Below are positions 51,525-64,000 of a stretch of 64,000 nucleotides of DNA, in pieces; the stretch's first letter is position 1, and every line of letters starts with the position of its first letter. The translations under genes were made by a program, and so were the position numbers. The notes beneath the pieces were generated by a model that was not told the origin of the DNA, did no database searches, and saw only the letters and a list, made by a program, of their open reading frames with translations. The stretch is from Veleropilina oligotropha (Eukaryota), in assembly GCA_048128005.1 (NCBI GenBank), contig JBEUKZ010000061.1, positions 62,001 through 126,000 of the forward strand. Reading direction: 5' to 3'.

Positions 51525-52110
51525 GTAAGTAAAATGACATGTAATGTAAGATATGTATTTTGTTTGCCTGATGGCATGTTAAATTAATTTGATATCAATA
51601 TGCTGTGCGTGAGGTTGAAATTATTTTATTCGAAGCAACTGGCATAGAACATGGAACATTTTTTTCTTATAATTGATTGTGCAAATTAATGTGTTATGCA
51701 AGCTTTTCAATGAAACAAACAAAATTTTGATTTAGATTGCATGATACATGCGACCAGGCGAAGTCTCACGACATTACACTTTGTTATACGATATTTTTCT
51801 GCAACTTGAAATGCAGTTCACGTTACTATTACAAGACTTTATTTCACAAACAAACATTGCGTAGAAAACGTACCACACCGCTGTGATTTCCCTGTAGTAC
51901 AGTCCATTTCAGGAAGTCGATTAACACAACTCACCACTTGACAGATAAGAAAGTCACTGTTCAAGGTGTTACACAAATCTAATCACAGTTGGTTATGATT
52001 GTACTTCGAAACAAGTCACATCCCCCCCCCCCCCCCCCCCGGTCCGACTTGCATGTGATATCGATGACATGTCCTCGTGTTAATCTTGTAGATATTTCTA
52101 TCTTTTACAG

Positions 52111-52334
52111 AATGTTCCATCATCTGCTATCAGATCACTGAGCCAGTTATTACCCAGTGTGTTGGAGTGGATGAAACACATGGCATCTTTGAGTAAAATA
52201 CAGAGAGCTGCAAATATGGTTGGAATGAGCCTCATGTCATCACAGGGAGACAACTATGCCCACCTTAATGACATTCAGTTCACTTTGCCAGATACATCAG
52301 CAAATATTCTTGATTCTGAGGAGGACGAATTATG
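52111..52334 (+). CDS. GSTCD: GSTCD coding exon 6
   Basis: LLPSVLEWMKHM...IQRAA; TTTACAG/GTAGGT; phase 0 to 2. Confidence 0.82.
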
Positions 52335-52536
52335 GTAGGTTACACAGTATTTATTGTAGCAATGCAACAAAGCACTCGTATATTGAATCAAATCGAATGT
52401 AATATCTGAAAATCAGTCGAGAGACATATTTATATGAGTAAATTACTAATGACGCATGTAAATAATGACAAGTGTATAAAGAAAATAATATGCCATTATT
52501 AGTATTTTAACTGTATTCTACATTTGCCATTTACAG

Positions 52537-52603
52537 TCGTTGGTCCAAATCCAAATATAAAGCATTGAAACCGGAGGTCATTAGTTCACTGCAGAAAGTT
52601 AAG
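52537..52603 (+). CDS. GSTCD: GSTCD coding exon 7
   Basis: RWSKSKYKALKPEVISSLQKVK; phase 2 to 0. Confidence 0.75.
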
Positions 52604-53456
52604 GTAACTCTACTGCTGGCGATCATTCATCATATTTAGCTAAAGGGAATTTAATGTTACGCATATCTTTCCACCATAATTATGTAGGCTTTAACCAAGC
52701 TTCTTGATAATGACCGAGATCTCAGACCTGGTCATTGGTCATGATCAGTAGTTGTTTGAGTCCATTAAAGTTTATAGGCTCCTCGAGGGACCTTCGAAAC
52801 CCTGTGAAATTTGGTCAACTGATCCCTTGTTTCTGGACAATCTTGTCAACTGGTCCCTGGGAAATCTAATGAAATTCTAGCTTGGGGTAAATTTTATAAT
52901 CGATTTAAATAACGTTTGTTTTGGTTTTAACCGTTTAGGAAGTGCATTACTGCCACTCATTTTAAAACTCATTGTAGTCGCAATCAAGCTCTTCCTAAAC
53001 TGTAAAACCTGAACAAATTCTATTTTAAATCTATTTCAAATTTTACTCAAAACTTGACTTTACTCAGTTTGCCTAGCGCTTACGGCCCTTAGTCTTAAGT
53101 GTGCTAAATAGTCTTAAGTGTGCTGAAAGGATTTCGTCAAGACAGCAACATGTTGTCTATCTTTGAGCACATCGTGTTCATTAATCATAAAATTAATGTA
53201 CGTGTGGAAGAATTATCTCCCTTGCACTGATAAGTACTTGTATATTCTTTTTCTGTGCAGTGCATCACAGACTTATTGTCTTTTTCTATTATTAAAGCGG
53301 GTTGTGAATGTAATGTGCTTAATTATTTTGTTCTGTTCTGTTTAATATCTTTTTTTTAAATTTTGAAATGAATTTATTTTTAATAACATTTAAGTCTGAC
53401 ACTTAAATTATGGACCTCTGGATGCTGGGATAACTCATTATACGTCTCTGTTACAG

Positions 53457-53547
53457 GATGCTGGGATAGCACCTTTGTCGGGTTCTCATCCTCGTGGTCT
53501 GAATGTGCAGCTGGATTGGGAGTCGTTACCACCAGCAGCTCACCCAA
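53457..53547 (+). CDS. GSTCD: GSTCD coding exon 8
   Basis: DAGIAPL...LDWESLPPAAHP; phase 0 to 1. Confidence 0.85.
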
Positions 53548-53813
53548 GTAATTACTAATGAGGTCATCCTTCAACTGTTTGTTTACATTCTGTATGCCTA
53601 TTACATGTATTTTACACTACATTTAACATAGGCAAATGGGTAATCATATTTTCTCTTATCAGCTTTGTTTCGGCATCAAGACTTATTCATAAACTTAACT
53701 TAACAGTAATTAGGTCTTTAATGTCAAATCCAAACATCATTAAATTATGAAACTGGCAAGGATTGTTCCGCAACCATTACTGGCCTATATTTGTCCAATT
53801 TTATTTCATTTAG

Positions 53814-53929
53814 ATGATCTCCCAGCTAGGCGAATTGCAAGAAAACGGGAGCAGCTTGAGAATCTAGTTACGGCTGTACAAGCAATAGCTCAGCCCCATC
53901 AACGGATCGTGGACTTTTGCAGTGGAGGT
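53814..53929 (+). CDS. GSTCD: GSTCD coding exon 9
   Basis: RIARKREQLENLV...IVDFCSGG (start of SAM-binding motif I). Confidence 0.92.
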
Positions 53930-54084
53930 GTGAGTTTAATAGAATAATTAATAATATTTTACATGCTTTAATCTTAATTTCTTCTTCTAAAAGAGTGTAA
54001 TGGATGTCACCAAGGAATACAACCCTGTTGCTCTAGTTGGCTGATTCTCTGGATTTTCGTGCAGTCCCTTTCGAACATAATTTT

Positions 54085-55320
54085 TATCCCCCGCCCGAAG
54101 GAAGTGGGGATATTGAAGTTGCCCTGTCCGTCCGTACGTCCGTACGTACGTACGTCCGTACGTACGTACGTCCGTACGTCTGTAAACAATTTGGTTAAAG
54201 TTTCGACTTGGGTGTGTGTAGCTTGCCTATGAGACTTTTTTGCTTATATATGCTTTTGTAGGTGTTATATGGATGACACCTGATACTCTGGATGTGATAT
54301 TGAATAAAATTTAATGTAATTATTGCATAAATGTAGGTGTTTTTGAACATAGAAATTTTGGTTAAAGTTCCTGGTTAAAGTTTTTCATTGAGTGTATTTG
54401 GGTAGCTCAAACAACATTTTGGTGTATCTTTGTTTTGATATTGACAATATAAATGTCAACTGATACTCTGGAAGTGATATTGAATAAAATTTAATGTAAT
54501 TATTGCATAAATGTAGGTGTTTTTGAACATAGAAATTTTGGTTAAAGTTTCTGGTTAAAGTTTTTCATTGAGTGTATATGGGTAGCTCAAACAACATTTT
54601 TGTGTATCTTTGTTTTGATATTGACAATATAAATGTCAACTGATAATCTGGAAGTGATATTGAATAAAATTTAATGTAATTATTGCATAAATGTTGGTGT
54701 TTTTTGAACATAGAAATTTTGGTTAAAGTTTCTAGTTTAAGTTTTTTATTGAATGTATTAGGGTAGCTCAAACAACTTTTTATCCCCCGCCCGAAGGAAG
54801 TGGGGATATTGAAGTTGCCCTGTCCGTCCGTACGTCCTTACGTACGTCTGTAAACAATTTGGTTAAAGTTTCGACTTGGGTGTGTGTAGCTTGCCTATGA
54901 GACTTTTTTGCTTATATATGCTTTTGTAGGTGTTATATGGATGACACCTGATACTCTGGATGTGATATTGAATAAAATTTAATGTAATTATTGCATAAAT
55001 GTAGGTGTTTTTGAACATAGAAATTTTGGTTAAAGTTCCTGGTTAAAGTTTTTCATTGAGTGTATTTGGGTAGCTCAAACAACATTTTGGTGTATCTTTG
55101 TTTTGATATTGACAATATAAATGTCAACTGATACTCTGGAAGTGATATTGAATAAAATTTAATGTAATTATTGCATAAATGTAGGTGTTTTTGAACATAG
55201 ATATTTTGGTTAAAGTTTCTGGTTAAAATTTTTCCTTGAGTGTATATGGGTAGCTCAAACAACATTTTTGTGTATCTTTGTTTTGATATTGACAATATAA
55301 ATGTCAACTGATAATCTGAG
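54085..55320 (+). mobile_element. Tandemly duplicated HINE-like 5' fragments with 180-bp repeats
   Basis: Head TATCCCCCGCCCGAAGGAAGTGGGGATA at 54085 and 54781 (third head at 56061), GTCC/GTAC microsatellite, units at 54281, 54461 and 54641. Confidence 0.75.
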
Positions 55321-56825
55321 GAGTAAGTTGATTTCATAATACTTCAGATTTGACTCCCTACACAGCCCTATCACACCTTACATCCTCATTATTCCCCTTC
55401 CCCCAAAACAAATGTGATAATATTTATGAAGAAGTTGATTTCTTTTGTTAATTTACTATGTAAATATTATGTGTGTATGATAAAAGGGACATGTGCTTAT
55501 CTGTAAGACTTGCTCACTGCCAATAGGCACAGTAAGCTGTTAAGCTTAATGGTCACTCTGTTTAGCTAGGATTATCAAAATCAAATGGATTTTGAAAACT
55601 GGCTTTCCCATTGGTTTATTCCATGGGTATCTTGAGAGGACAGTATATATTGTCATTACAAGAACAGATTGTATCCAGTGTCTAATGTCAATATTATTAG
55701 TCTCTCCTTGGACAAGAGTTGTGGATACTATGGTATAGTCATCGTTTGGCTGCCGCAGATATTTTTATAAATGATCACCACATGATGTACTTGTGCACCT
55801 CTGCTAAATTTGTCCCCATCGACTTTTGATCTTGCGCCATAGTGACCTTTGACCCCAAAACTTTGTCCGGATACTACTCAGAGACCGCACAGACCTTTCA
55901 TCTTGCCTTAGAATACCCTGTACACCTTTCGAATTTGGATCCAACACCCAATCTCTGTATAGTACGAAAACTGAGTTCAGTTGTTATGATATTGTATGTA
56001 ACTGAAAAACTGAGTTCTGTGAAATAAATTGGAATAATTTTTTTCTTTTCATTTCATTTTTATCCCCCGCCCGAAGGAAGTGGGGATATTGTTGTTGCCC
56101 TGTCCATCCGTACGTCTGTAAACAATTTGGTTAAAGTTTCGAATTGGGTGTGGAGTCAGTGGAGGTTTTCTTGTACCGCTTGTTCCGTTCGTCGTCTGGA
56201 ATCAACTTTTTATTTTAATATCAATAACGTGTGAATGTCATATATTTTGACATCGAAATTGATCGTATTAAAGTTTCATGTTGGCCATGTTGAATCTGCC
56301 TGTTACTAGAGCAATGATATTGAATTTAATCTATATAATAGTATTCCCCCCGAAAGTATGGATACTATGGTTTAGCGTCAATTATGCTGCGTCTGTCATC
56401 TTGAGATTTCTTGTGATCGCTGCAGACAGGTCATTTCTTAACAGAATGTTTTCAGATTTCATATGTACATTGGTTGAGTGAGGACACAACACTTATTGAT
56501 ATCGGGTGTGGTCCGACTTCCAAAATGGCCGCAATGGCTATCATCTTGGATTTGCCGGGTATACATATGCGATCACAAATGACCGAGCATTTTAGTTGTG
56601 AAATTGATGTTCTGAACAGTTCAATTGAAATGTTAGTCTGAAAATAGCTTTCTGACATAAATTTTGGTTTAAGTTTTTGTTGAGTTTGGGTACTTTATGT
56701 ACTCTTCTGCATATATATTATGCTTTGATACTGCCTGTTATTGAACTTGTTCTCCGATATCTTGTGTCCCTTTTAATGTAGCAATATAATTTAGTTTATT
56801 TAATGCATGAACTTTAATTGTTTTT

Positions 56826-58606
56826 TAGCTCGACTATTTTAAAATAGTACGAGCTATTGCAGTCACCCTGTCGTCGGCGTCGGCGTTGGCGTCGGCGTCG
56901 GCGTTGGCGTCAAACTTCAGGTTAACATTTTGCATGAAGGGTCTTTTCTCACAATTTTTCAAACTACAACTTTCAAACTTCATACACTTGTTCAATGTCA
57001 TTATGCGACCTTACATATTAGGCGTAATAACTCTGGCTTCGTTGTTTTACCAAATTATTCCCCTTTTTCGACTTCGACAATTCAGGTTAATGTTTTGCAT
57101 GAAGGGTCTTTTCTCACAAATTTTTCACACTACACCTTTAAAACTTCATACACTTGTTCAACGTCATTATGCGACCTTACATTACAGGCGTAATAAATCT
57201 GGCTTCGTTATTTTACCAAATTATTCCCCTTTTTCGACTTAGACAGTTCAGGTTAATGTTTTGCATGAAGGGTCTTTTCTCACAAATTTTTCACACTACA
57301 CCTTTCAAACTTCATACACTTGTTCAACGTCATTATGCGACCTTACATTACAGGCGTAATAAATCTGGCTTCATTATTTTACCAAATTATTCCCCTTTTT
57401 CGACTTAGACAATTCAGGTTAATGTTTTGCATGAAGGGTCTTTTCTCACCAATTTTTCACACTACACCTTTCAAACTTCATACACTTGTTCAACGTCATT
57501 ATGCGACCTTACATTACAGGCGTAATAAATCTGGCTTCGTTATTTTACCAAATTATTCCCCTTTTTCGACTTAGACAATTCAGGTTAATGTTTTGCATGA
57601 AGGGTCTTTTCTCACAAATTTTTCACACTACACCTTTCAAACTTCATACACTTGTTCAACGTCATTTTGCGACCTTACATTACAGGCGTAATAAATCTTC
57701 TTCGTTATTTTACCAAATTATTCCCCTTTTTCGACTTAGACAAGTCAGGTTAATGTTTTGCATGAAGGGTCTTTTCTCACAATTTTTTCACACTACACCT
57801 TTCAAACTTCATACACTTGTTCAACGTCATTATGCGACCTTACATTACAGGCGTAATAAATCTGGCTTCGTTATTTTACCAAATTATTCCCCTTTTTCGA
57901 CTTAGACAATTCAGGTTAATGTTTTGCATGAAGGGTCTTTTCTCACAAATTTTTCACACTACACCTTTCAAACTTCATACACTTGTTCAACGTCATTTTG
58001 TGACCTTACATTACAGGCGTAATAAATCTGCTTCGTTATTTTACCAAATTATTCCCCTTTTTCGACTTAGACAAGTCAGGTTAATGTTTTGCATGAAGGG
58101 TCTTTTCTCACAATTTTTTCACACTACACCTTTCAAACTTCATACACTTGTTCAACGTCATTATGCGACCTTACATTACAGGCGTAATAAATCTGGCTTC
58201 GTTATTTTACCAAATTATTCCCCTTTTTCGACTTAGACAATTCAGGTTAATGTTTTGCATGAAGGGTCTTTTCTCACCAATTTTTCACACTACACCTTTC
58301 AAACTTCATACACATGTTCAACGTCATTATGCGACCTTACATTACAGGCGTAATAAATCTGGCTTCGTTATTTTACCAAATTATTCCCCTTTTTCGACTT
58401 AGACAATACAGGTTAACATTTTGCATGAAGGGCCTTTTCTCACAAAGTGTTCACACTACAGCCTTGAAACTTCATACGCTTGTCACATCATTATGCGAAC
58501 TTGCAATACAAGGGCCATAACTCTAGCTTCATTTTTACCAAATTATTTCCATTCATCGATCCAGCTTTTGATAGTCGAGCATGCTGTCCTTCTGACAGCT
58601 CTTGTT
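56826..58606 (+). mobile_element. HINE-like family A copy with ~10 homogeneous 165-166-bp repeats
   Basis: Same termini as 26944-27874, with a longer central array. Confidence 0.85.
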
Positions 58607-58869
58607 GGACTTACATTTGGATAAAGTACCTTTGCACCAGAGGGATTGCGCAAGGCGGGGGATGAATCCGTTTTCTAACGGGCTCTTGTGATTGTTTGTC
58701 GAGATGCCATGATACTAAATTTCAAATCAAATCCTGTCGTCAAAAAGATCTCTGAATAATTATGATGTGACCATATGATTTAATTGTGTGTTTCTGAAAG
58801 TTAGGATTACAATTACACTACCGTTGCTTTCATAAATTTCATTTATTAATTTGTTTGTTCATTTTTCAG

Positions 58870-58914
58870 GGTCACCTAGGTATAATTTTGGCCTATCTGC
58901 TGCCAGACTGCATG
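58870..58914 (+). CDS. GSTCD: GSTCD coding exon 10
   Basis: GHLGIILAYLLPDCM; AG/GTAAGC. Confidence 0.92.
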
Positions 58915-59075
58915 GTAAGCTAAGAAAACAGATTTTAGACTAATATTAATTGGTGGTCAGCATTGACAATTCAGATGTAACTACTTTAAAATTTGATGTC
59001 ACAACACACATTTTCTTACCTGAGTAAACATTTCTAATGTCGCAGTGATCGTCCTCAGCTGTTTATGCTTTTTAG

Positions 59076-59165
59076 ATTTATTTAGTGGAAAACAAGGAAG
59101 CTTCATTACTGAGAGCAAAGAAAAGGATAGAGCAATTACAACTGAAGAATATTTTCATTTATCAT
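59076..59165 (+). CDS. GSTCD: GSTCD coding exon 11
   Basis: IYLVENKEASLLRAKKRIEQLQLKNI; AG/GTAAGT. Confidence 0.92.
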
Positions 59166-59430
59166 GTAAGTTTGTCAATATTTCCTTTGCTATTGATATA
59201 TAACATAGCTGTAGTTACATGGAACATATATATAGTGGATATCAATATGAGAATTATGCAACGAGTCGGGCACAATTTATGTACCGAGCATTAGCGAGGT
59301 ACATAAATTTGCTTACGAGTTTCATAATTCTCATATGAAATGGAAATGAGTTTGAGATCTTCTTTATCACATGACTTTATTTACCTTTAAACTTATTTTT
59401 AACTTTTTTAAACTGATTTTTTTACGTTTT

Positions 59431-60376
59431 TATGCCCGCGCCGAAGGCGAAAGGGCATATTGTTTCTGTACCGTCCGGCATCAACAATTTGGTTAAAGTT
59501 TTTCGTTGAGTGTAAATGGGTTCTCCAAGGGACTTTTTAGTTTATGTATGCTATGTTATACGTTACATGGATATCATCTGATACTCTGGCAATGATATTT
59601 AATAAAATATTATATTATTAATGAAAATATGATGGTCTCTTTCGACATCGAAATTTAGGCGAATTTCAGGTTAAAGTTTTTGGTTATAGTTTTCTGTGTC
59701 CACTCTACAGTGAAAAGTTGTAATCCTATTTGATTCAAATTCGGTAGGCAAGTTAGTTATCATGATGACACGCCGCCTAACGATTTTCGGATTCAAGATG
59801 ACTGCCACAGTGGCCATTTTGTTTTGAAGAAATTTCTTGTATACTCTCTACAGTGAAGAATTAATTTCCGATTTCCTTCAAATTCGGCGTGCACGTTCGT
59901 TATGATGTGAACACGCCGACTAACGATTTTCGTCGTTTTCGGATTCAAGGTGGCCGCCATGGTGGCCATTTGTTTGGAGTATATTTCTTGTGTGCGCTCT
60001 ACAGTGAAGAGTTCTATTCCAATTTCATTCAAATTTGGTATGCACGTTCGTTATGATGTGGACACGACGCCTAGCGATTTTCGTCGTTTTCGGATTCAAG
60101 ATGGCCACGTGGTGGCCATTTTGTTTGGAGGATATTTCTTGCCTGCGCTATGCAGTGAAACGTTCTCAACCAATCTGATTCAAATTCGGTTTGTTTCAAG
60201 ATATTTGCATTATGTTTGAAGTTTTATCAATGAGTGAATAAATTACTGCATACTGATTCTTACATATGCTTTGATGTTAGACACCTTTTACTCTAGCAGT
60301 TTATTTATTGAATTTAGTATAATATGTTAGGCACTACGCGGGCATTCTTGTGGCCTGCCACAACGTTTTTATAGTT
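59431..60376 (+). mobile_element. HINE-like family B, second copy
   Basis: Same head and tail as 27897-28864, but different central repeats. Confidence 0.7.
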
Positions 60377-61199
60377 AAACTTATTTTTGTCATTACTTGC
60401 AGTCATAAAACGGCCTGCCTCGATAGCATGTGCCATGCCAAAATACATACGTACGCCATTAAAAAATTGTTTCACATCTATGTTTCATCAGCAGACGATG
60501 AGTCAACGCGTATGAATTATTCAATATGTTAATTAGGGTGATCGCCACCTAATGAAATTCGCGCCAGTTGAGACTAGATGGCATCATGCATAGTTACATA
60601 TGAAATGGGTTCTGCCATTTCATAACAGGTTTGTCATGTGATAAATAGTATTACCTAACAATTGAGAACAATATACTGGCCATTACACGGCGTAGTACTT
60701 CAATTTACATTTACGTGTCTTTTCTGGGCTGCACTGGTGGTGTATGGATAAAAGTGGGGCTTCAAATTAATGTGCTTCATTTATAGGAGCGCATACGAAT
60801 CTTTGGCTGGACACTTTGTTCAACTAACAGTCATCCTTTCCATAACTGGTTGCTGCTGGGGGTTTCTCTGGGCAAAAGTCTCCCCCCCTCAATAATTTGT
60901 CCAAGTATGATCCTGAAGTCTGTTAAAATGGGATACTAAGCCTTGATGTAAACCAATTCTGATGCTTTTAATAAATTAGCAACATCTTTGAGCCTCACGC
61001 AGGCGCAAATAATTTTCTTTATTCGTGAACGACTTGGATTTGCTCACATATCTTCCATTAAATAACGACTTTGATTACCGGATAATGTATTTTTGTATTT
61101 AGTTAAATCAGATACAAATTAAATAAAGTAATTAATTATCTTTATAAAATCCTAATCAACAGAATTGATCAATATGAATCGAGAATGGTTGTGTTTTAG

Positions 61200-61406
61200 T
61201 GTAACCTGGACTACTTTCACGGCGTTTTCGATATCGGTGTCTGTCTCCATGCGTGCGGCGTGGCGACGGATCTTGTTCAGCAGCAGTGCCTTGACAACAA
61301 CGCAGCTTTTGTCATTTGTCCATGTTGCTATGGCAGCATTCAGGAAACGCATTTGATCACGTATCCGAGAAGTCAGTATTTTCAGGACAAGGATATTACT
61401 CGCAAG
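61200..61406 (+). CDS. GSTCD: GSTCD coding exon 12
   Basis: CNLDYFHGVFDIGVCLHACGVATD...FVICPCCYG...YPRS (methyltransferase motifs). Confidence 0.95.
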
Positions 61407-61941
61407 GTATGCTGTAGAAAAATATACATTAGATTAATACCAGGTGCAAGTTTATTGATTGTCCCATACACGTAGTTATGTTTTTTTGAAAGGCTCATGT
61501 TTGTTCTAATTGTGTCCCTAAAGAAAATTGATAAAATGCTCCTGTTTTCTGGCTGATTCTGTATTTAACAGTTATATGTAGGTTATGTTGTTTGAAAGTA
61601 GTTTAATGTATAAATCGCACTATAATACAGCGAACATTGTCTGCACAGGTTCTCCTTCTAATGTTATCAACCAAACTTGCAGGGGCTCATTATATTAGGG
61701 TTCCAGGAGATGGTCATAGGCTTGGTCCATAGCCCACCAGCCGTCGGTTAAAATGGCTAACCATATCTGACATTTCGCAATTAGTACTATGGGGATAAAA
61801 TGACATCATTTAAGCACAGGCCATTAGGCGCATATGTTACAAACAGTGAGGCTGCAAGTCCAACAGTGTCGCTTTATAAGGTCATGCAAAGAGGGCAGAC
61901 GATAAAAAATCTAGTCTTAACAATACACTAATTTCTTACAG

Positions 61942-62005
61942 GACATTCTGACCATTGGCCATGCTGCAGATCAAACAGAGTTAAATATTGCCCTTGAAGA
62001 ACAAG
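61942..62005 (+). CDS. GSTCD: GSTCD coding exon 13
   Basis: DILTIGHAADQTE; phase 0 to 1. Confidence 0.9.
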
Positions 62006-62744
62006 GTATGTTGTGGATATCTGATGTAAATGAACCCTGTCCAGGGGAGGGGGGTATTTTGAACAAATTGGGGATGTTTAGTGCAATAACACACAGTGCT
62101 AAATAATTTTCATCATGATATCGATGCTTAAAGTGGCTATTGCCCGTAAATGTCCTCTTGACTGCGTAGCTTGACTGATCAGCCGCTATCCCACGGTTTG
62201 CGCAAACTGACACCAATTTCACTAAGATATGATCGATCTATGATCAAATGATAGATTTTTATTGAAATTATTATTGTAACTGAGCAATATATATTGTCAA
62301 ATAGAAATCTATCGTACTTGACGAGCAGAAACCTTCGCAACTTTGCTCCTACTAGTTCAATTGGAAATGTCACTCGGTGCGAGGTAATTAAAAGCAGACC
62401 GCTTTTAATTATTTATCTTCAGCAGCGATTAATTTGAATGGTAGCAAATTACTGTCGAAAGTTGAGTGCTGAAAATTCCTAACTTTTCATGTTATAAACA
62501 AAAAGTGTAATATGGTTAGTTTTCTTTTCAAAGAATAAAAAGCGCATGGTCATATCAGCACAACCAGCCCGCACCGACAGTTATGGACAACTGGGGCTGT
62601 TAATTGAACAAAGTGCCCAGCTGAAGATTCCAACCCACTCCTGGTAATCAGAGCATTCAAGCATGGGAATGGAGAGCCGCGCTCTTATCTATTTCACTAC
62701 CGCTCCATAGGTGACGCTGATAGCTCTGTTGGGGTACCATCCGA

Positions 62745-63050
62745 ATAATAATAATAATAGTCCATTTATAATGCGCTATAATCCACGTATTGACATGCTC
62801 TAAGCGCAGACATTATTATTCCTGGCTTTTTTATCGGCCTGTCATGATCAAGATCCATCTCCGCTCTCTGTGAGAGTATTACAGTCAAGCTGCCAATTGT
62901 AAGCGCTACGACTAATTAACACTCTAACTAGGTACCAAATTAAGTCAGCTGGGTGAACGGAGTCACATAAATGCTTAATTCCTTGCCCAATGCGCTGGGA
63001 TCGGGGATTGAACCCCAAACCTCTCGACAAGAGGCCAGTGCGCCTATCAC
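62745..63050 (-). mobile_element. tRNA-derived SINE of a second family
   Basis: Minus strand: GGGGTTCAATCCCC B-box, CACCCAGCTG..TGGTACC core, (ATT)n tail. Confidence 0.55.
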
Positions 63051-63945
63051 TGTGTCACAACACGCACTGTGTCACAACAACTATTCACTAATCCAAGAAT
63101 AAAGCAAACAACATAATGGATGTTTGGTAAGAAGTTTCATTAGTTTATTATGCAGAATAATTGGAAAATAGCATTTAGAATGTCTTTCCAACATTTGGCG
63201 CACAACAAATCAGCTCGTATGCATGCAACCTCTGTGTGTTTGGTTCACAGATGCCCTGGAGGTGGCTCTAGAATGATTTCGGAAATGAGTGACCGCGAAC
63301 TATTAGCAAGGTTTCATGCCTTCTGCCGAATAATGGCCACTGCAATGCATAGCTCAACCTGGATATTCCTGACCTGCTTCTCCAATTAATTTTTAGTAAG
63401 AAAATTATGCTTTGTCCAGATGGCAATTAATATTTATCAAGTTACTGTGCCCAGAATGAACTGACACAAAGACTGTGTTCATATTAACCATACTGTGACA
63501 AAATTCTAAATATGCGTTTCTAATGCCCTGTCGCCCTGGTAGTCGTATGATATGAATGCCGTCTCTGAAATCACTGGCTCGATTGCGCTAACTAACAGGA
63601 GGGGGTTCAAATTTCGGTTTCGGCATTAACATTCTTTGTTCAGTTGTCAATCGCAGTTGTCCATAACTGACCGGAGAGGACGGGTTTCACCAGGCAATAA
63701 TGTGGCCATGTCCTTCCTTGAACCTAATGGTTGTAAATATACATGACATCAAGCATCAATCCATCCATCTCTATTGTCCATTATTAGGGATGCTGGTGAC
63801 CTTTGCTGGATAAAGTCTTTCCTCCCGTGATAAAATGTCCAAACATGATTATCGTCTTATAGATATTTGAACAAAAATAAGTATACACTGTTGATTAATT
63901 AGAATCAGATTGCTACTATTTTGGCACCATTTCATTTCGTTGCAG

Positions 63946-64000
63946 GCAAGTTCTGCATGGACCTTGTGGACACGGATCGAGCCTTCTTGGCTCGAGAGCA
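63946..64000 (+). CDS. GSTCD: GSTCD coding exon 14 (3'-partial)
   Basis: GKFCMDLVDTDRAFLARE after a TTGCAG acceptor; phase 1. Confidence 0.9.

Noticed and set aside
53420..53468. 13-bp duplicate (GGATGCTGGGATA) of the exon 8 start in the upstream intron
   Set aside because: The upstream copy lacks an AG acceptor and runs into a stop; no function supportable.

Overview
Eukaryotic, AT-rich, intron-rich animal genomic DNA. The repeat types (HINE-like elements, tRNA-SINEs) suggest a marine lophotrochozoan such as a mollusc; this is inference. Two host genes sit head-to-head: SMAD1/5 (minus strand, MH1 exon 10937-11351) and GSTCD (plus strand, 14 coding exons from 34421 to beyond 64000), with a candidate shared promoter near 23.0-23.75 kb. 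The SMAD intron downstream of the MH1 exon holds a young DIRS retrotransposon (gag, RT-RNaseH-methyltransferase). The DIRS is cut at 5725/5726 by the right arm of a GC-rich, virus-like integrated element (1-5725), the most interesting object here. That element encodes a Polinton-type rve integrase, a small zinc-finger protein and a large protein fusing a protein-primed-type family B polymerase core, an SF1B (Pif1/RecD-like) helicase and a C-terminal HNH-like nuclease. It ends in 5'-AGTAG, as Polintons/Mavericks do. No capsid, ATPase or protease genes are visible because its left part lies outside the window. GSTCD introns contain a ~12.9-kb 30-bp satellite with higher-order structure and nested HINE-like elements, SINEs and MITEs. 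All calls come from reading motifs by eye; no database searches were run.
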